Shown here piece by piece: positions 1 to 9,912 of a DNA stretch of 14,317 nucleotides. Source of the DNA: Octopus sinensis (lineage: Eukaryota); NCBI RefSeq assembly GCF_006345805.1, contig NW_021825997.1, forward strand, positions 1-14,317, in the 5' to 3' direction. The position numbers and the translations under genes are program-made. How positions within the stretch are numbered: position 1 is the first letter of the stretch; each line of letters opens with the position of its first letter. Below the pieces are notes generated by a model, which saw only the letters and a list, made by a program, of their open reading frames with translations, did no database searches and had not been told where the DNA came from.

Positions 1-121
1 GGATGAATTAATGCACCGCGATTTTTAACATTTATGTATTAGTTTTGTTGGGTACCTCTCTAGCAGTATATTGGGGATATGTATCCCATGGAGGGTTGAA
101 TTTGCAACCCCTATCTCATTT

Positions 122-123
122 TA

Positions 124-175
<52 letters not shown>
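122..175. repeat. (TA)n microsatellite
   Basis: Near-perfect TA run with one ACAT interruption. Confidence 0.95.
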
Positions 176-179
<4 letters not shown>

Positions 180-396
180 AATGCAAGAACAAAACTAGCA
201 GGTAAAAACAAGAATCATCTGGGCGTACATAGTGAATGTATTAGATTTACACTTCGTGAAAGTTTAGATGAAAAGATGGGAGTAGAAATGACGTTTCAAG
301 AGCATGGCACTTCGTCAGAAAGCAGGAAAAGGTCAGAGAAGAGGAAAAGAGAAAGGAGCAGATAGTCCGGGGGCTAGTACGGTGTCGTTACATGGA
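176..396 (-). mobile_element. Penelope-like (pseudo-LTR)/retrozyme-type non-autonomous unit between two TA arrays
   Basis: Contains a hammerhead-like core on the minus strand. Shares ordered motifs TGTATTAG...GAAAAG...ACGTTTC...CAGAAAGC...ACATGG with 1259-1445. The family assignment is inferred from the motif; there is no ORF. Confidence 0.45.
286..322 (-). ncRNA. Degenerate minimal type I hammerhead ribozyme motif
   Basis: Minus strand reads uuu-CUGACGA-agugc-cau-gcucu-u-GAAAC-GUC-a. This gives the CUGANGA box, a short stem II with one mismatch, the GAAA box, a palindromic ACGU stem III and a GUC triplet. Stem I is weak. Confidence 0.5.
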
Positions 397-397
397 T

Positions 398-409
398 TAT
401 ATATATATC

Positions 410-446
<37 letters not shown>

Positions 447-554
447 GTATATAATATATACATTACATATATATTATATATATATATATACATATATACA
501 TATATGTATATTATATATATATATGTATGTATATATATATATATATATATATAT

Positions 555-586
<32 letters not shown>
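398..586. repeat. Degenerate (TA)n microsatellite
   Basis: TA run with scattered interruptions. Confidence 0.95.
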
Positions 587-590
<4 letters not shown>

Positions 591-1165
591 ATTAATATTA
601 AGGAAGTTATTTTCGAGTCCACAGGGGAGAGAAGTTCAATTTAGTGGTACTAAAATGAATTACTCACTGTAGGTTTAAGAGACAAAATCACCCTCAAGCA
701 ACCCAATCATCATTGAATGACATTATCCACAATAGGTACATATAGGACTAAATATTAAAATTATCAAAATTAATATTTACAACTCTTATTCCAAATTATC
801 AAAATTGATACCTTCAATCCTTATTTCAAATCATATAATTTACTACGCACGTTTCATGACAACATATTCCTCGATATTGCTGAAACAGAATGTATCTAAA
901 TAGAATACCATATTGAAACGATTATATTGCCGATTTTCAGGTCTAGCATATATGAACTTATTTTGCTATTTACATCCTATATAATGACATGGCAAACTAA
1001 AATTATAAATCTAGAAGTTGTTGAAATAATTTTACTTAAGTAAATAATGAACAGAACATTGCTTAATAACATTCTCATAATAGATTTCATAACATTTTTT
1101 TTAATGTTTTTTTAAAAATCACTTGACCACTTCAAAAATTGTATTAAGTAAACCTCATAGACTTT

Positions 1166-1225
1166 CATACATACATACATATATATATATGTGCGTGTGT
1201 GTGTGTGCGTGTGTGTGTGCGTGCG

Positions 1226-1258
<33 letters not shown>
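1166..1258. repeat. Compound (CATA)n-(TA)n-(GT/GC)n microsatellite
   Basis: Direct reading. Confidence 0.9.
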
Positions 1259-1445
1259 AGTTGAAATTTACAGAACAGATAAAGATAGGTGTATGAACAA
1301 CAAACAAGTGTATTAGTTTGACGCTCGGAAGAAATGAAAAGGTCTTTTACGTTTCGACCCTATGCCTTTCAACAGAAAGCATTAAGAAGAAATAAATAAA
1401 GAGAGAATGGGGGGAAAACGTGTAGAGTTCAGCGGTCCAACATGG
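1259..1445 (-). mobile_element. Second, diverged Penelope-like/retrozyme-type unit
   Basis: TGTATTAG (1309-1316), ACGTTTC (1349-1355), CAGAAAGC (1373-1380) and terminal ACATGG are collinear with 176-396. Confidence 0.45.
1344..1379 (-). ncRNA. Hammerhead-like motif with variant core (CUGUUGA)
   Basis: Minus strand reads cuuu-CUGUUGA-aaggcauaggguc-GAAAC-GUA-aaag. It has a 4-bp stem I (cuuu/aaag), an ACGU stem III palindrome and a GUA triplet. Position A6 is U, which is non-canonical. Confidence 0.4.
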
Positions 1446-1715
1446 CTGACCAGTATATTGGACACCGTTATACGTCGCTGGTCACAATGCGCTTCCAATC
1501 CTTTCTTACTTGCGCCCTTTCATTTTTTGTCGTGGCACAAATCGTCCAAAAGTCCACTCTTTTAGGGAACACTCGGCATCCGCACATGTCCACCTGTTGT
1601 CTATAAACTTAGTGACATATTGACTCCAGCGAAACTTGTGCTTTTGCCATTTTGATGAGAATGATATCGTCGGTATTATTTATTGAACGGTTTGCAGCCG
1701 TTTCAATAACTTATG
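1446..1715 (-). mobile_element. RTE-clade LINE 3' terminal fragment (frameshifted)
   Basis: Manual minus-strand translation across frameshifts gives KRLQTVQ...TDDIILIKMAKHKFRWSQYVTKFIDNRWTCA...RAQVRKDWKRIVTSDV*. This resembles the RTE C-terminus (WRWAGHVAR.DNRWT...W..AQDR..W). Confidence 0.5.
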
Positions 1716-2163
1716 ACTGACAAATCATATAAAATATCTGAAGACATAGAAGAGATCAATGATACTATCATATCGATTATACAGGCATAGCATTTATGAA
1801 CAAATAAGCATTACAGAGTATTTTCATTTTATTTCAAGCATTCTAATGTAACGTATAAAATGATAGAAATCTTGTAAAACATGTTTAAACATTTAAGCGA
1901 AGCAGGTGAGAAGTTAAGCAAGATATATAAAGTGATACCAATAAATAAAAACAAGCAGGAGATATTGCATTCCGCTACTAATGTTACTATTATAATTGAG
2001 GAAAGATTGCGCTTATCAAATTGTAAAAATTGAGGTTTAGATACAAAACAGAATTTCAGATTTAGAAAAGAAAATCACATTCTACTGAAAAGTTTTCAGA
2101 TAGAAAAAAATGCTTTACTGAATTGATAGTAATGTTTTAACAAAAAAGTACCACAGAAAAAAG

Positions 2164-2255
2164 ACACACACATACGCACGCACACGCGCACGCACACACA
2201 CACACACACATGCACACACACACACATGCACACACACAAACACACACCCATACAT
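2164..2255. repeat. Compound (AC)n/(GC)/(CATG) microsatellite
   Basis: Direct reading. It explains the low-complexity ORF 2096-2350. Confidence 0.9.
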
Positions 2256-2392
2256 GCATACATATCCCATGAGAGATCGATACTAGATTTGTTGAAACAA
2301 TTGTCGCGATTAACAATAAATTTTCGTATATTCCATCTTTTGTCTTTCATTTATCATATATATATATAAGTTTGGAATAATATTCCCTCATA

Positions 2393-2394
<2 letters not shown>

Positions 2395-2427
<33 letters not shown>
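2395..2427. repeat. (ATT)n = (TAA)n tail/target of the R4/Dong-like element
   Basis: About 11 perfect units directly abutting the element 3' end at 2428. Confidence 0.95.
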
Positions 2428-2428
<1 letters not shown>

Positions 2429-4357
2429 TATGTTTGACTTTTGCTTTATGTCTGTACAAGTTGGCTCCAAGTCTCACCCAGAAACCTCAAGAGACAACAG
2501 GTTGGAAGTTCACGTTGTTGTTATGCCTAGTGTGCCATATATTTGGGGGGTTTTTTGGTGTTGTACTAGTGAATGTCTAATACATAAATTTAAAAAAAGA
2601 AGTTTTAAACCTTGAGATTACATAGAGAGTATTTTTCATATGATATGAGCAGTTCCCATGAGCACTATCTTTTGAATTTCTGCTATTTTGGTGTTTCCTG
2701 GTATCTGAGTTAGGTAGCAATCAGTCCCTTTCGCTATCATTCCCAGGGCACCTATGACAACAGGTATTGTTTTAGTCTTCAGGTTCCACATTTTGCTGAT
2801 TTCTATTTCAAGATCTTTATATTTGCTCAGTTTTTGGTAGGTCTTGACAGATACGTTTATATCGATTGGGACAGTCATATCAATGAGGAGGCATGTTCTT
2901 TGTCTGAAGTCTTTCAATATGATGTCTGGCCTATTTGCATCTATCTTTCTGTCAGTTTGAATGATGAAGTTCCAGAGGAGTGAGTGTGGTCATTTTCAAG
3001 CACTGTAGGTGGATTGTGTTCCCACCAGTTTTTTTCATGGGGCAAATCCAGGTTTTTCCAAATTACTCAGTGAATATATTGTGCAGCTCTATCATGCCTG
3101 TTGAGGTACTCTGTAGGCGCTAGAAGACTGCATTTGGAGACCACATGATCAATGGTTTCATTTTGTTGTCGGCATACACGACATGTTGGGCTACTGCCGT
3201 TCTTTAATATGTTGGCCTGGTAGTTTCTTGTTGGTAAGCATTGATCTTGAGCTGCTATGATAAACCCTTCTGTTTCAGATTTTAAGCCAAAGGCCATTAG
3301 CCGTTGATGGGTCAGGGCTTTGTCAATATCTGCATTATTCGCTCTCTTTGGGTATTTGCCATAGAGAGGTTTTTCTTGCCATTTATTATTCAGAATATCT
3401 AAGGCCGCAGTTTTGGCACGGGTTTTCTGTGCTTGTTTCTTGTATGTCTATCTCTAATTCCGAAATTTGTTGTATTCGGAATTCACTTAGATATTCCTTT
3501 GCCTGTTTTGTTACTGAGTATGATGCTTTCTTGTTTTCATGGTTTGAGACAAGTTTTAACATCCAGTCCTCAGACTTTTTCAGGTAGGTGTTTCATTGTT
3601 ATTGCCAGTTGCAAAAGACCACGGCCTCCCTCTTTTCTTGGCAGATTAAGTCGTTCTGTGTCTGCCTTAGGGTGGTGCATTCTATGCATTGTCAACAGTT
3701 TTCTTATTTTTCTGTCGAGCTGACATATTTCAGTAATTGACTAGTTAACGATATTGAAACTGTAAGTCACGACTGGTATGGCTAATGCATTGATCGCTTC
3801 GATCCTGTTTCTTGCATTCAGCTCTGTCTCTCCTGATCCTTTCCTTCATCTCTGAATGCCTTATTCCGTTCCCTTCAATTACCCCTAGGTACTTGTAGCA
3901 CTCCGCTGGGTCTAGTTCTTTTATGACATTCTGCTGGTCAAGGTTAACGTTAGATGTTTCTGTCATTTTTCCTTTGCACATTTATCGAGGCCGAATTGCA
4001 TTCTGATGTCGTCACTGAATTATTTGACTATCGCTAGTAAGCCCTTGAGTTGTTGGTCATTTTTTGCAAAAAGCTTAAATCATCCATGTAATGAGAGGAT
4101 TTATATTTTTATCAAACATTTATACCCGTACTGCGCGTCATTGAGCAGTTTTGAGAGGTATTTATGGCTTTTAAAAAAAGAGGAGTGGTGACAGTGAGTC
4201 ACCCTGGAAAATGCCACACGAAATTTTTACATCACCAGCATTTAGGGATTCATTGTCACTGTTCAGAGTTAGTGTGGTTCTCCATGATCTCATACTTACA
4301 GTCAAAAGTTTCGCAGAGTAGTGCTATCTTATACATTTCCAGGCACTTCCTAATCCT
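2428..4357 (-). mobile_element. 5'-truncated RLE-type non-LTR retrotransposon (R4/Dong-like), copy 1; RT-CCHC-RLE pseudogene
   Basis: RT motifs GIFQGDSLSPLL and YMDD (4079-4090) followed by LKLFAK...FGLDKC. Thumb region HHPKAD.RL.LPRKEGGRG. Zinc knuckle CRVC-X8-H-X4-C followed by RHD. RLE motif NRPDIILKD...LIDMTVP...EKYKDL-like...PVVIGALG. True stop near 2618-2620, then a ~190-nt 3'UTR. Many stops and frameshifts. Confidence 0.92.
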
Positions 4358-4373
4358 ATTATTATTATTATTA

Positions 4374-4461
<88 letters not shown>

Positions 4462-4492
4462 TATTATTATTATTATTATATGTATGTATGCA

Positions 4493-4525
<33 letters not shown>

Positions 4526-4533
4526 ATGTATAT
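4358..4533. repeat. (ATT)n array (~4358-4478) followed by (GT)n/(TATG)n
   Basis: Direct reading. It abuts the 5' truncation point of LINE copy 1. Confidence 0.95.
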
Positions 4534-4579
4534 ATCAAAAACAGCCATGAAGATAAAAATAAACCTTCTATCTATAATG

Positions 4580-5308
4580 TTATTCAATAAATCCACCTTC
4601 AGCTTCAACAACTGCTTTCTATATAATATCTAAATCATCTACATGCTCGAATCAAGTGGTCCTGGTTCATTTTGGACATTTCTCTGACTACGGCAGCTTT
4701 CAAAGAATCTTTGGTGTTATGGGCGTGTTCATTGACCTCTCTCTCTCAACAGCGCTCCACATGTAATAAGATTGAGATCTGGGGAATTAGGAGGTCAAAT
4801 GTTAGGGGTTATGTGACCAGGAAAATTTTCAGGCATCCTTTCTTGTGTTACTACAGCCATGTGTGATAGTGCAGAGTCTTACTGAAACACATATGGCCTT
4901 CCATTGCTTACACTGTCTATCCAAAGCTTAACAATTATTTCCAGGGCCTCAATGTAGGCGGCAGAGTTAACTCTAAGGCCTTGTGGAAGAAGTAAGGATG
5001 CATCGCATGTTTTTCATTGCTGACAACCCCTAAAACTGCGACAGCTGCAGGAAATTTTGTATGCATAACACTTGGAACTTCAGAAAGGTCATTTCTTCTG
5101 TTAACTTTTTGATCTTGGTTGAGGTTTTCCTCGATTGAGAAAAACTTCGACCAAGAATAACCAAATCAAATCTTCTGCTGGATTTTTCAGTTTGTTTAAG
5201 AGTTTTTTATATCTGATCTAGTGATTTTCTTTTGCCTTTTCTGACAAATTCACCTCTCCACATCATATAAGACTTATACCTGATGTCTTCCTGGACAACA
5301 TTTCTGAC
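4580..5308 (-). mobile_element. Tc1/mariner-superfamily transposase remnant, maT/DD37D-like, 5'-truncated
   Basis: Manual translation gives VRNVVQEDIRYKSY...KLLNKLKNP...NQDQKVNRRND...VMHTKFPA...GVVSNE...YVFQ*DSA.SH...*PPNSPDLN...YYMWSAVE...IEAVVEAEGGFIE*. There are 35 residues from the second D to SPDLN. With the expected PL-D (deleted here) this gives D37 spacing (inferred). No TIR recognised. Confidence 0.85.
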
Positions 5309-5599
5309 ATATCGAACATTGCCCCATCTAACTATCATTTATTCCGCAGTTTTCAAAATTATTTGGACGGAAAGATTACGAATTCTGTAGACGAGGTCTG
5401 AACAGTATTGGAAGAGTATTTTTCGTCATGGACAGGTGGAATTTGGAACAGGGGCCTTGTAAGTTTACCAGACAGATGGAAGAGCATTGTAGAAAATGAA
5501 GGAGGGTATATTTTAGATTACAAAAAAAGAACTCTGCTTATCTTAATTTTGAAAAATAAAAGAGGTATAAAAAACCGCAATATTTATGGGATAATCCTA
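5309..5599 (+). mobile_element. mariner (DD34D-type) 3' fragment with right TIR and TA flank
   Basis: Frame from 5312 gives SNIAPSNYHLFRSFQNYLDGKI.NSVDEV*TVLEEYF...LPDRWKSIVENEGGY (YSPDLAPSDYHLF motif, with D changed to N). The reverse complement of ~5571-5599 is TAGGATTATCCCATAAATATTGCGGTTTT, which resembles Hsmar1-type TIRs (TTAGGTTGG...AATTGCGGTT), and is followed by TA. Confidence 0.85.
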
Positions 5600-5650
5600 T
5601 ATATACATATATACACATACATATATATATATGTATTTGTGTATGTATAT

Positions 5651-5683
<33 letters not shown>

Positions 5684-5728
5684 GCATGTATGTATGTATA
5701 TCCATATATATGTCTTTATCTATATATA

Positions 5729-5788
<60 letters not shown>

Positions 5789-5917
5789 ATAATCAAACAT
5801 ATAAGGGATGGCTATAATAGGACATCCGACTCACTAGAAAGAGCAACTAAATTCCAAACCACTAATAGTTGTATATCTTTATGTGTGTGTATATATATAT
5901 ACATATATATGCATGTA

Positions 5918-5964
<47 letters not shown>

Positions 5965-5999
5965 ATACATATATATGCATGTATGTATGTATATATATA

Positions 6000-6093
<94 letters not shown>

Positions 6094-6225
6094 CAAACAT
6101 AAGGGATGGCTATAATAGGACATCCGACTCACTAGAAAGAGCAACTAAATTCCAACCACTAATAGTTGTATATCTTTATGTGTGTGTATATATATATACA
6201 TATATATGCATGTATGTATATTATA

Positions 6226-6277
<52 letters not shown>

Positions 6278-6368
6278 TATATAATGCATGTATGTATGTA
6301 ATATATATTATATATATATATATATATAATATATATATATATGTCATGTATGATATATTATATTATAT

Positions 6369-6426
<58 letters not shown>

Positions 6427-6435
6427 CTTATATAT
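5600..6435. repeat. Large degenerate (TA)n/(TATG)n field containing two copies of a ~125-bp unique core
   Basis: TA runs surround cores that start at 5791 and 6091. Confidence 0.9.
5791..6216 (+). repeat. Direct duplication, 300-bp period (5791-5919 and 6091-6216)
   Basis: AATCAAACAT...GGACATCCGACTCACTAGAAAGAGCAACTAAATTCC...GCATGTATG occurs twice. The copies differ only by a 2-nt and a 1-nt indel. Confidence 0.92.
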
Positions 6436-6570
6436 AACACGGATTGCTTCATCTCGGTTTACTTCCTATAACAATAAACCTACTTTAGTGTGAATTCTAC
6501 ACTCCGCGGGATTTTATCGTCAATGATAATTGCAACAACAGGAATAGTACTATTTCGGCTACAACAACTG

Positions 6571-6588
6571 GTGATGATGATGATGTTT

Positions 6589-6654
<66 letters not shown>

Positions 6655-6675
6655 GTGATGGTGATGATGATGGTG
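6571..6675. repeat. (GAT)n trinucleotide array with GGT variants
   Basis: Direct reading. Source of the poly-M/poly-I/poly-S ORFs. Confidence 0.95.
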
Positions 6676-6790
6676 ACGGTTGGAGGCAAAATAAAACTAA
6701 TTCTACAATAAAACCAGCGTTCATGTAATCTGGTGGAAAGTTGATTTGTTTTATTTTTGATAAGCAAAGCCTCACATTGCAGTATTTATG

Positions 6791-6887
6791 CCACTACCAC
6801 CACCACCACCACCACCACTACTACCACCGCCCTCAACTTTCTCTTTCTCTCTGTATTTCTTTCTCTCTGTATTTCTCTCTCTCCTCT

Positions 6888-6921
<34 letters not shown>
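6791..6921. repeat. (CCA)n followed by degenerate (CT)n
   Basis: Direct reading. Confidence 0.9.
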
Positions 6922-7006
6922 GTATGGATGAGATTTCAAGTCATCTGATTACCTCAATCAATCTTAGTTAATATTGTCAAGTCAAGGAGATTAAAGAAAC
7001 GGAATT

Positions 7007-7226
7007 CTTTCGAATTTTGGCACAAGGCCAGCAATTTTGAGGCGAGGGAAAAGCCAAATGCGTCGACCCCAAAAATATTCAACTGGTATTTACTTTATCG
7101 ATCTCGAAAGGATGAAAGACGAAGTCGACTTGACGGAATTTGAGTTCTGAGCATAAACAAAAAAAAAAACGAAAGAAAAGCGGTTAAGCATTTTGTCCGA
7201 CGCACTAACGATTCTGCCAAGCCGCT
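7007..7226 (-). mobile_element. tRNA-derived SINE (family A), degenerate
   Basis: Minus-strand A-box TGGCAGAATCG (7209-7219) and degenerate B-box CTCAAATTCC (~7135-7144). Central CTTTCATCCTTTCGAGATCGATAAAGTAAATACCAG segment. Exact 16-nt match CTAACGATTCTGCCAA at 7205-7220 and 12635-12650. Confidence 0.65.
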
Positions 7227-7350
7227 ATCTTGACTTGGGATTAAATAGTAATAGAAACCCTTAGATGAATGTCTTAGGGTCATGAGTTCCAAATTTACCT
7301 GCTCTTACTTTCTGGATTTTCCTTTTCGCTCTCATAATTTCTTGGGTGAA

Positions 7351-7620
7351 GGTGCGTGGCTTAGCGGTTAGGGTATTCGGCTGAAGATTGTATGGTCACA
7401 CGTCCTTGAGCAAGACACTTTATTTCACGTTGCACCAGTCCACTCAGCTGGTAAAGGTACACTTCAAAAGAGCCAACCTTGTCACGCTTTGTGACCCGCT
7501 CGATCCTTGTGAACTTCATGTCGTGGAATGCTCAGCCACTTACTCGTTCATTTCACGAACAGGCTGTTCCGTTGATCGGAAACAACTGGAACAATCTTCG
7601 TCGTAACCGACGGAACACCA
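7351..7620 (+). mobile_element. tRNA-derived SINE (family B) with B-box deleted
   Basis: A-box TGGCTTAGCGG (7357-7367). CORE-like CCTTGAGCAAGACACTT segment. CAGTCCACTCAGCTG is similar to CAGTTCACTCAGGTG near 13733. 3' tail ...CGTCGTAACCGACGGA. Confidence 0.6.
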
Positions 7621-7899
7621 GTATAATTTCTTGTATTGATGCACTAATACATGAATATTATTCGGAAATACCTCTGGTGCTTTTGTTGGCCGCTTCTGGA
7701 ATGAGCTTCTGTTTCTCTCTGATATTATTGTGTTTTTAGTATAGTAAGTTCGTAAGATATGTTATCTATAGACAAATACGTCAGTAACTGGCCTATCAGC
7801 AGTGTATATACATTTTGTATGCTACTTAGATGGCTATTTTAATTAAATACTGCATCGGTTGCGTATACCGAATGACTGGCATGAGAAACAAATAGCAAA

Positions 7900-8000
7900 T
7901 TTACCACCGCAAGGAATCGATCTCGGAATATGAAACGGTTTAGCTAAATATACTTCAGTGGATTTAGTGCGGCATGCTACCGTTTCTGACACTCCACCGT
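7900..8000 (-). mobile_element. Highly decayed SINE head, similar to family A
   Basis: ATGCTACCGTTTCTGACAC resembles ATGCTAACGATTCTGCCA (12632-12649). AGGAATCGATC is a B-box-like reverse complement. Confidence 0.3.
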
Positions 8001-8697
8001 CTTGTCATTATAACAAACAGCTCTTTGATGTTCAATCTATTAAGTTCGCTCTCATTAACCTCAAAAGACCTGCTGCTTTCTTCCTAAAGAACTCCTCTAT
8101 AGAAAAGCGAATATACGTCTTCACTAGGCCCAGCATAACAAGAATCCGTCTCTTCTCCAGATAAGTCCTCGAAGCGTGGAAGTTTTAGGGAAGGGAACGA
8201 GCAAAACATTAAATATTCATGTGCTAAGTGACCCAAGTGAACATGAAATGGCTTAACCGGATTGGGAATTCGACTCATTAGTATTTTTAGATTCCATGTT
8301 CCATTAGAGTACTTTCGGCCCCATTCATATGTACTCTTACGTTAATGAATTGGAAGAGAGATTGTTTGTGAATGTTTCAGTCACCCTGATAATTATATCA
8401 GCCGAGGCTTAATCATTGGTTGATATAATGAAGATGATCCAGTTTCAGGATAAAGAACGGTCACCTGGTCAGTTGTGATGTTTGCGACAGTGAAACGTGA
8501 ACGATTCCGTCCGTAAAAGATATTATTGCGGCCTTGCGTTCCATCTGAAAAAATGCACCGATATTTTCTAGGATTTTGTTTTTTAGCCTTTTTGTTGTTG
8601 TTGTTGTTTGTTACATTTGTACCTGAGGAAAGAAGCGCATATACGCGTTAAGTATGCATGTATTTTTCTCGCCTCTCTCTTTTGTCTAACTCACTCC

Positions 8698-8778
8698 GTG
8701 TGTGTGTGTGTATGTGTGTGTGTGTGTGCGTGTGTGTATGTATGTGTGTGTATTTATGTATGCATGTATGTATCTGTG
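8698..8778. repeat. (GT)n/(TATG)n microsatellite
   Basis: Direct reading. Confidence 0.9.
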
Positions 8779-8870
8779 GTGCAATTAACAGCCTAGTTCG
8801 ATCAGTGCGATGTACGAAACTCCAGGACCTTGATCCACTTATAAAGTTTGGCAGCTAAATGAAAAATACT

Positions 8871-8930
8871 CACAGACACACACACACACACACACACCAC
8901 ACACACACACACACACATACACACGCACAC
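8871..8930. repeat. (CA)n microsatellite
   Basis: Direct reading. Confidence 0.9.
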
Positions 8931-9504
8931 AGAGGCATACTCTTGAATACTGAAAATAATTCTGTTTCTGCCATCAAGCATTTATGTGTCTATCTGTCTG
9001 TCTCGCTGTGCTTGTGTCAGTGAGTGCGTGTCCGTGAATGAGTGTATGTTAGTCTGTCTGTCTACACCTCTGTCTCTCTGTCTCTCTGTTTGTCTGTATG
9101 TCTGCTCTTATACGTGTTCGTCTTTGTCAGGGTGTAAGTCTAAGAAAGATTTTTATTAAGTTTTAAACATTAGTAAATTGGAAATTCGTCAGACCAGAAT
9201 TTACAAGAGAGGCAGCCGATCATGAGACACACAGACAGATGTCCAACAAGCCCAACTAGTAATGACTAACAATGACTCAATGATGTTTAGCCCAGATCAA
9301 CGCTGATCGAATTGAATTGTATAAGATCAATAGGATTCTAGCGTTTATCTCGCGTGCAGGGGATCTGACGATAATCGCGCCAAATCTGAGTTGTCGTTTT
9401 TTTAGGATAACAAGATGGCATTCAGAAAAGATTTGGTTGATATTCCTTGTGTATATATAAATACATATACTCACACAAATACACACATATATGATATAAG
9501 AAGG

Positions 9505-9607
<103 letters not shown>

Positions 9608-9873
9608 GGGATGTCAGAAACACCTAGACAATATCCCTGGAGAACCATGTCTCAAGGAAATCCAAAGGATTGTGCTAACAAGTACTGCCCACTTCCTTAG
9701 AAAAACCCTATCAATGTAAATGTTTGTGTTTGTATTACATGGAGATATTTCTCTACTTCCCCTCCCCAAGCTTTCAGTTATATTTCAACAACTCTTAACC
9801 TTCACTTGCCCTAGGGTGCTGGGTGTGCCCCGGCAAGTGATTGCATCAAACATGCAGATTAAAAGTAAACGAC
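9608..9873 (+). mobile_element. Severely 5'-truncated R4/Dong-like copy 3 (RLE C-terminus plus 3'UTR)
   Basis: Frame from 9609 gives GCQKHLDNIPGEPCLKEIQRIVLTSTAHFLRKTLSM* (stop 9717-9719). This is homologous to the end of copy 1 (TQIPGNTKIAEIQKIVLMGTAHII.KILSM*). The 3' end AAAAGTAAACGAC plus (AAT)n parallels AAAAGTCAAACATAG plus (AAT)n in copy 1. Confidence 0.85.
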
Positions 9874-9905
<32 letters not shown>

Positions 9906-9912
9906 CAACAAC
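9874..9912. repeat. (AAT)9-(AAC)4 tail
   Basis: Direct reading. Confidence 0.9.

Noticed and set aside
74-110. Two adjacent 6-bp hairpins (GGGATA/TATCCC; GGGTTG/CAACCC)
   Set aside because: Short, context is cut by the window start, and no function is supportable.
757-830. AAATTATCAAAATT repeated with ~35-bp spacing
   Set aside because: Two degenerate AT-rich units only. Not CRISPR-like or satellite-like.
1510-1594. Possible minus-strand exon with AG acceptor and GTAAGA donor
   Set aside because: No polypyrimidine tract, and the sequence is better explained as an RTE 3' fragment.
1680-1709. Hairpin TTATTGAACGG...CCGTTTCAATAA
   Set aside because: Too short for a pre-miRNA, bulged, and inside the RTE remnant.
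7351-7380. SINE heads as possible tRNA genes
   Set aside because: No complete cloverleaf, an A- or B-box is lost or degenerate, and they are followed by SINE body sequence.
8040-8278. Minus-strand ORF and possible exon (...LPRFEDLSGEETDSCYAGPSEDVY...)
   Set aside because: No recognisable domain and weak splice signals. RNA-seq or TBLASTN would be needed.
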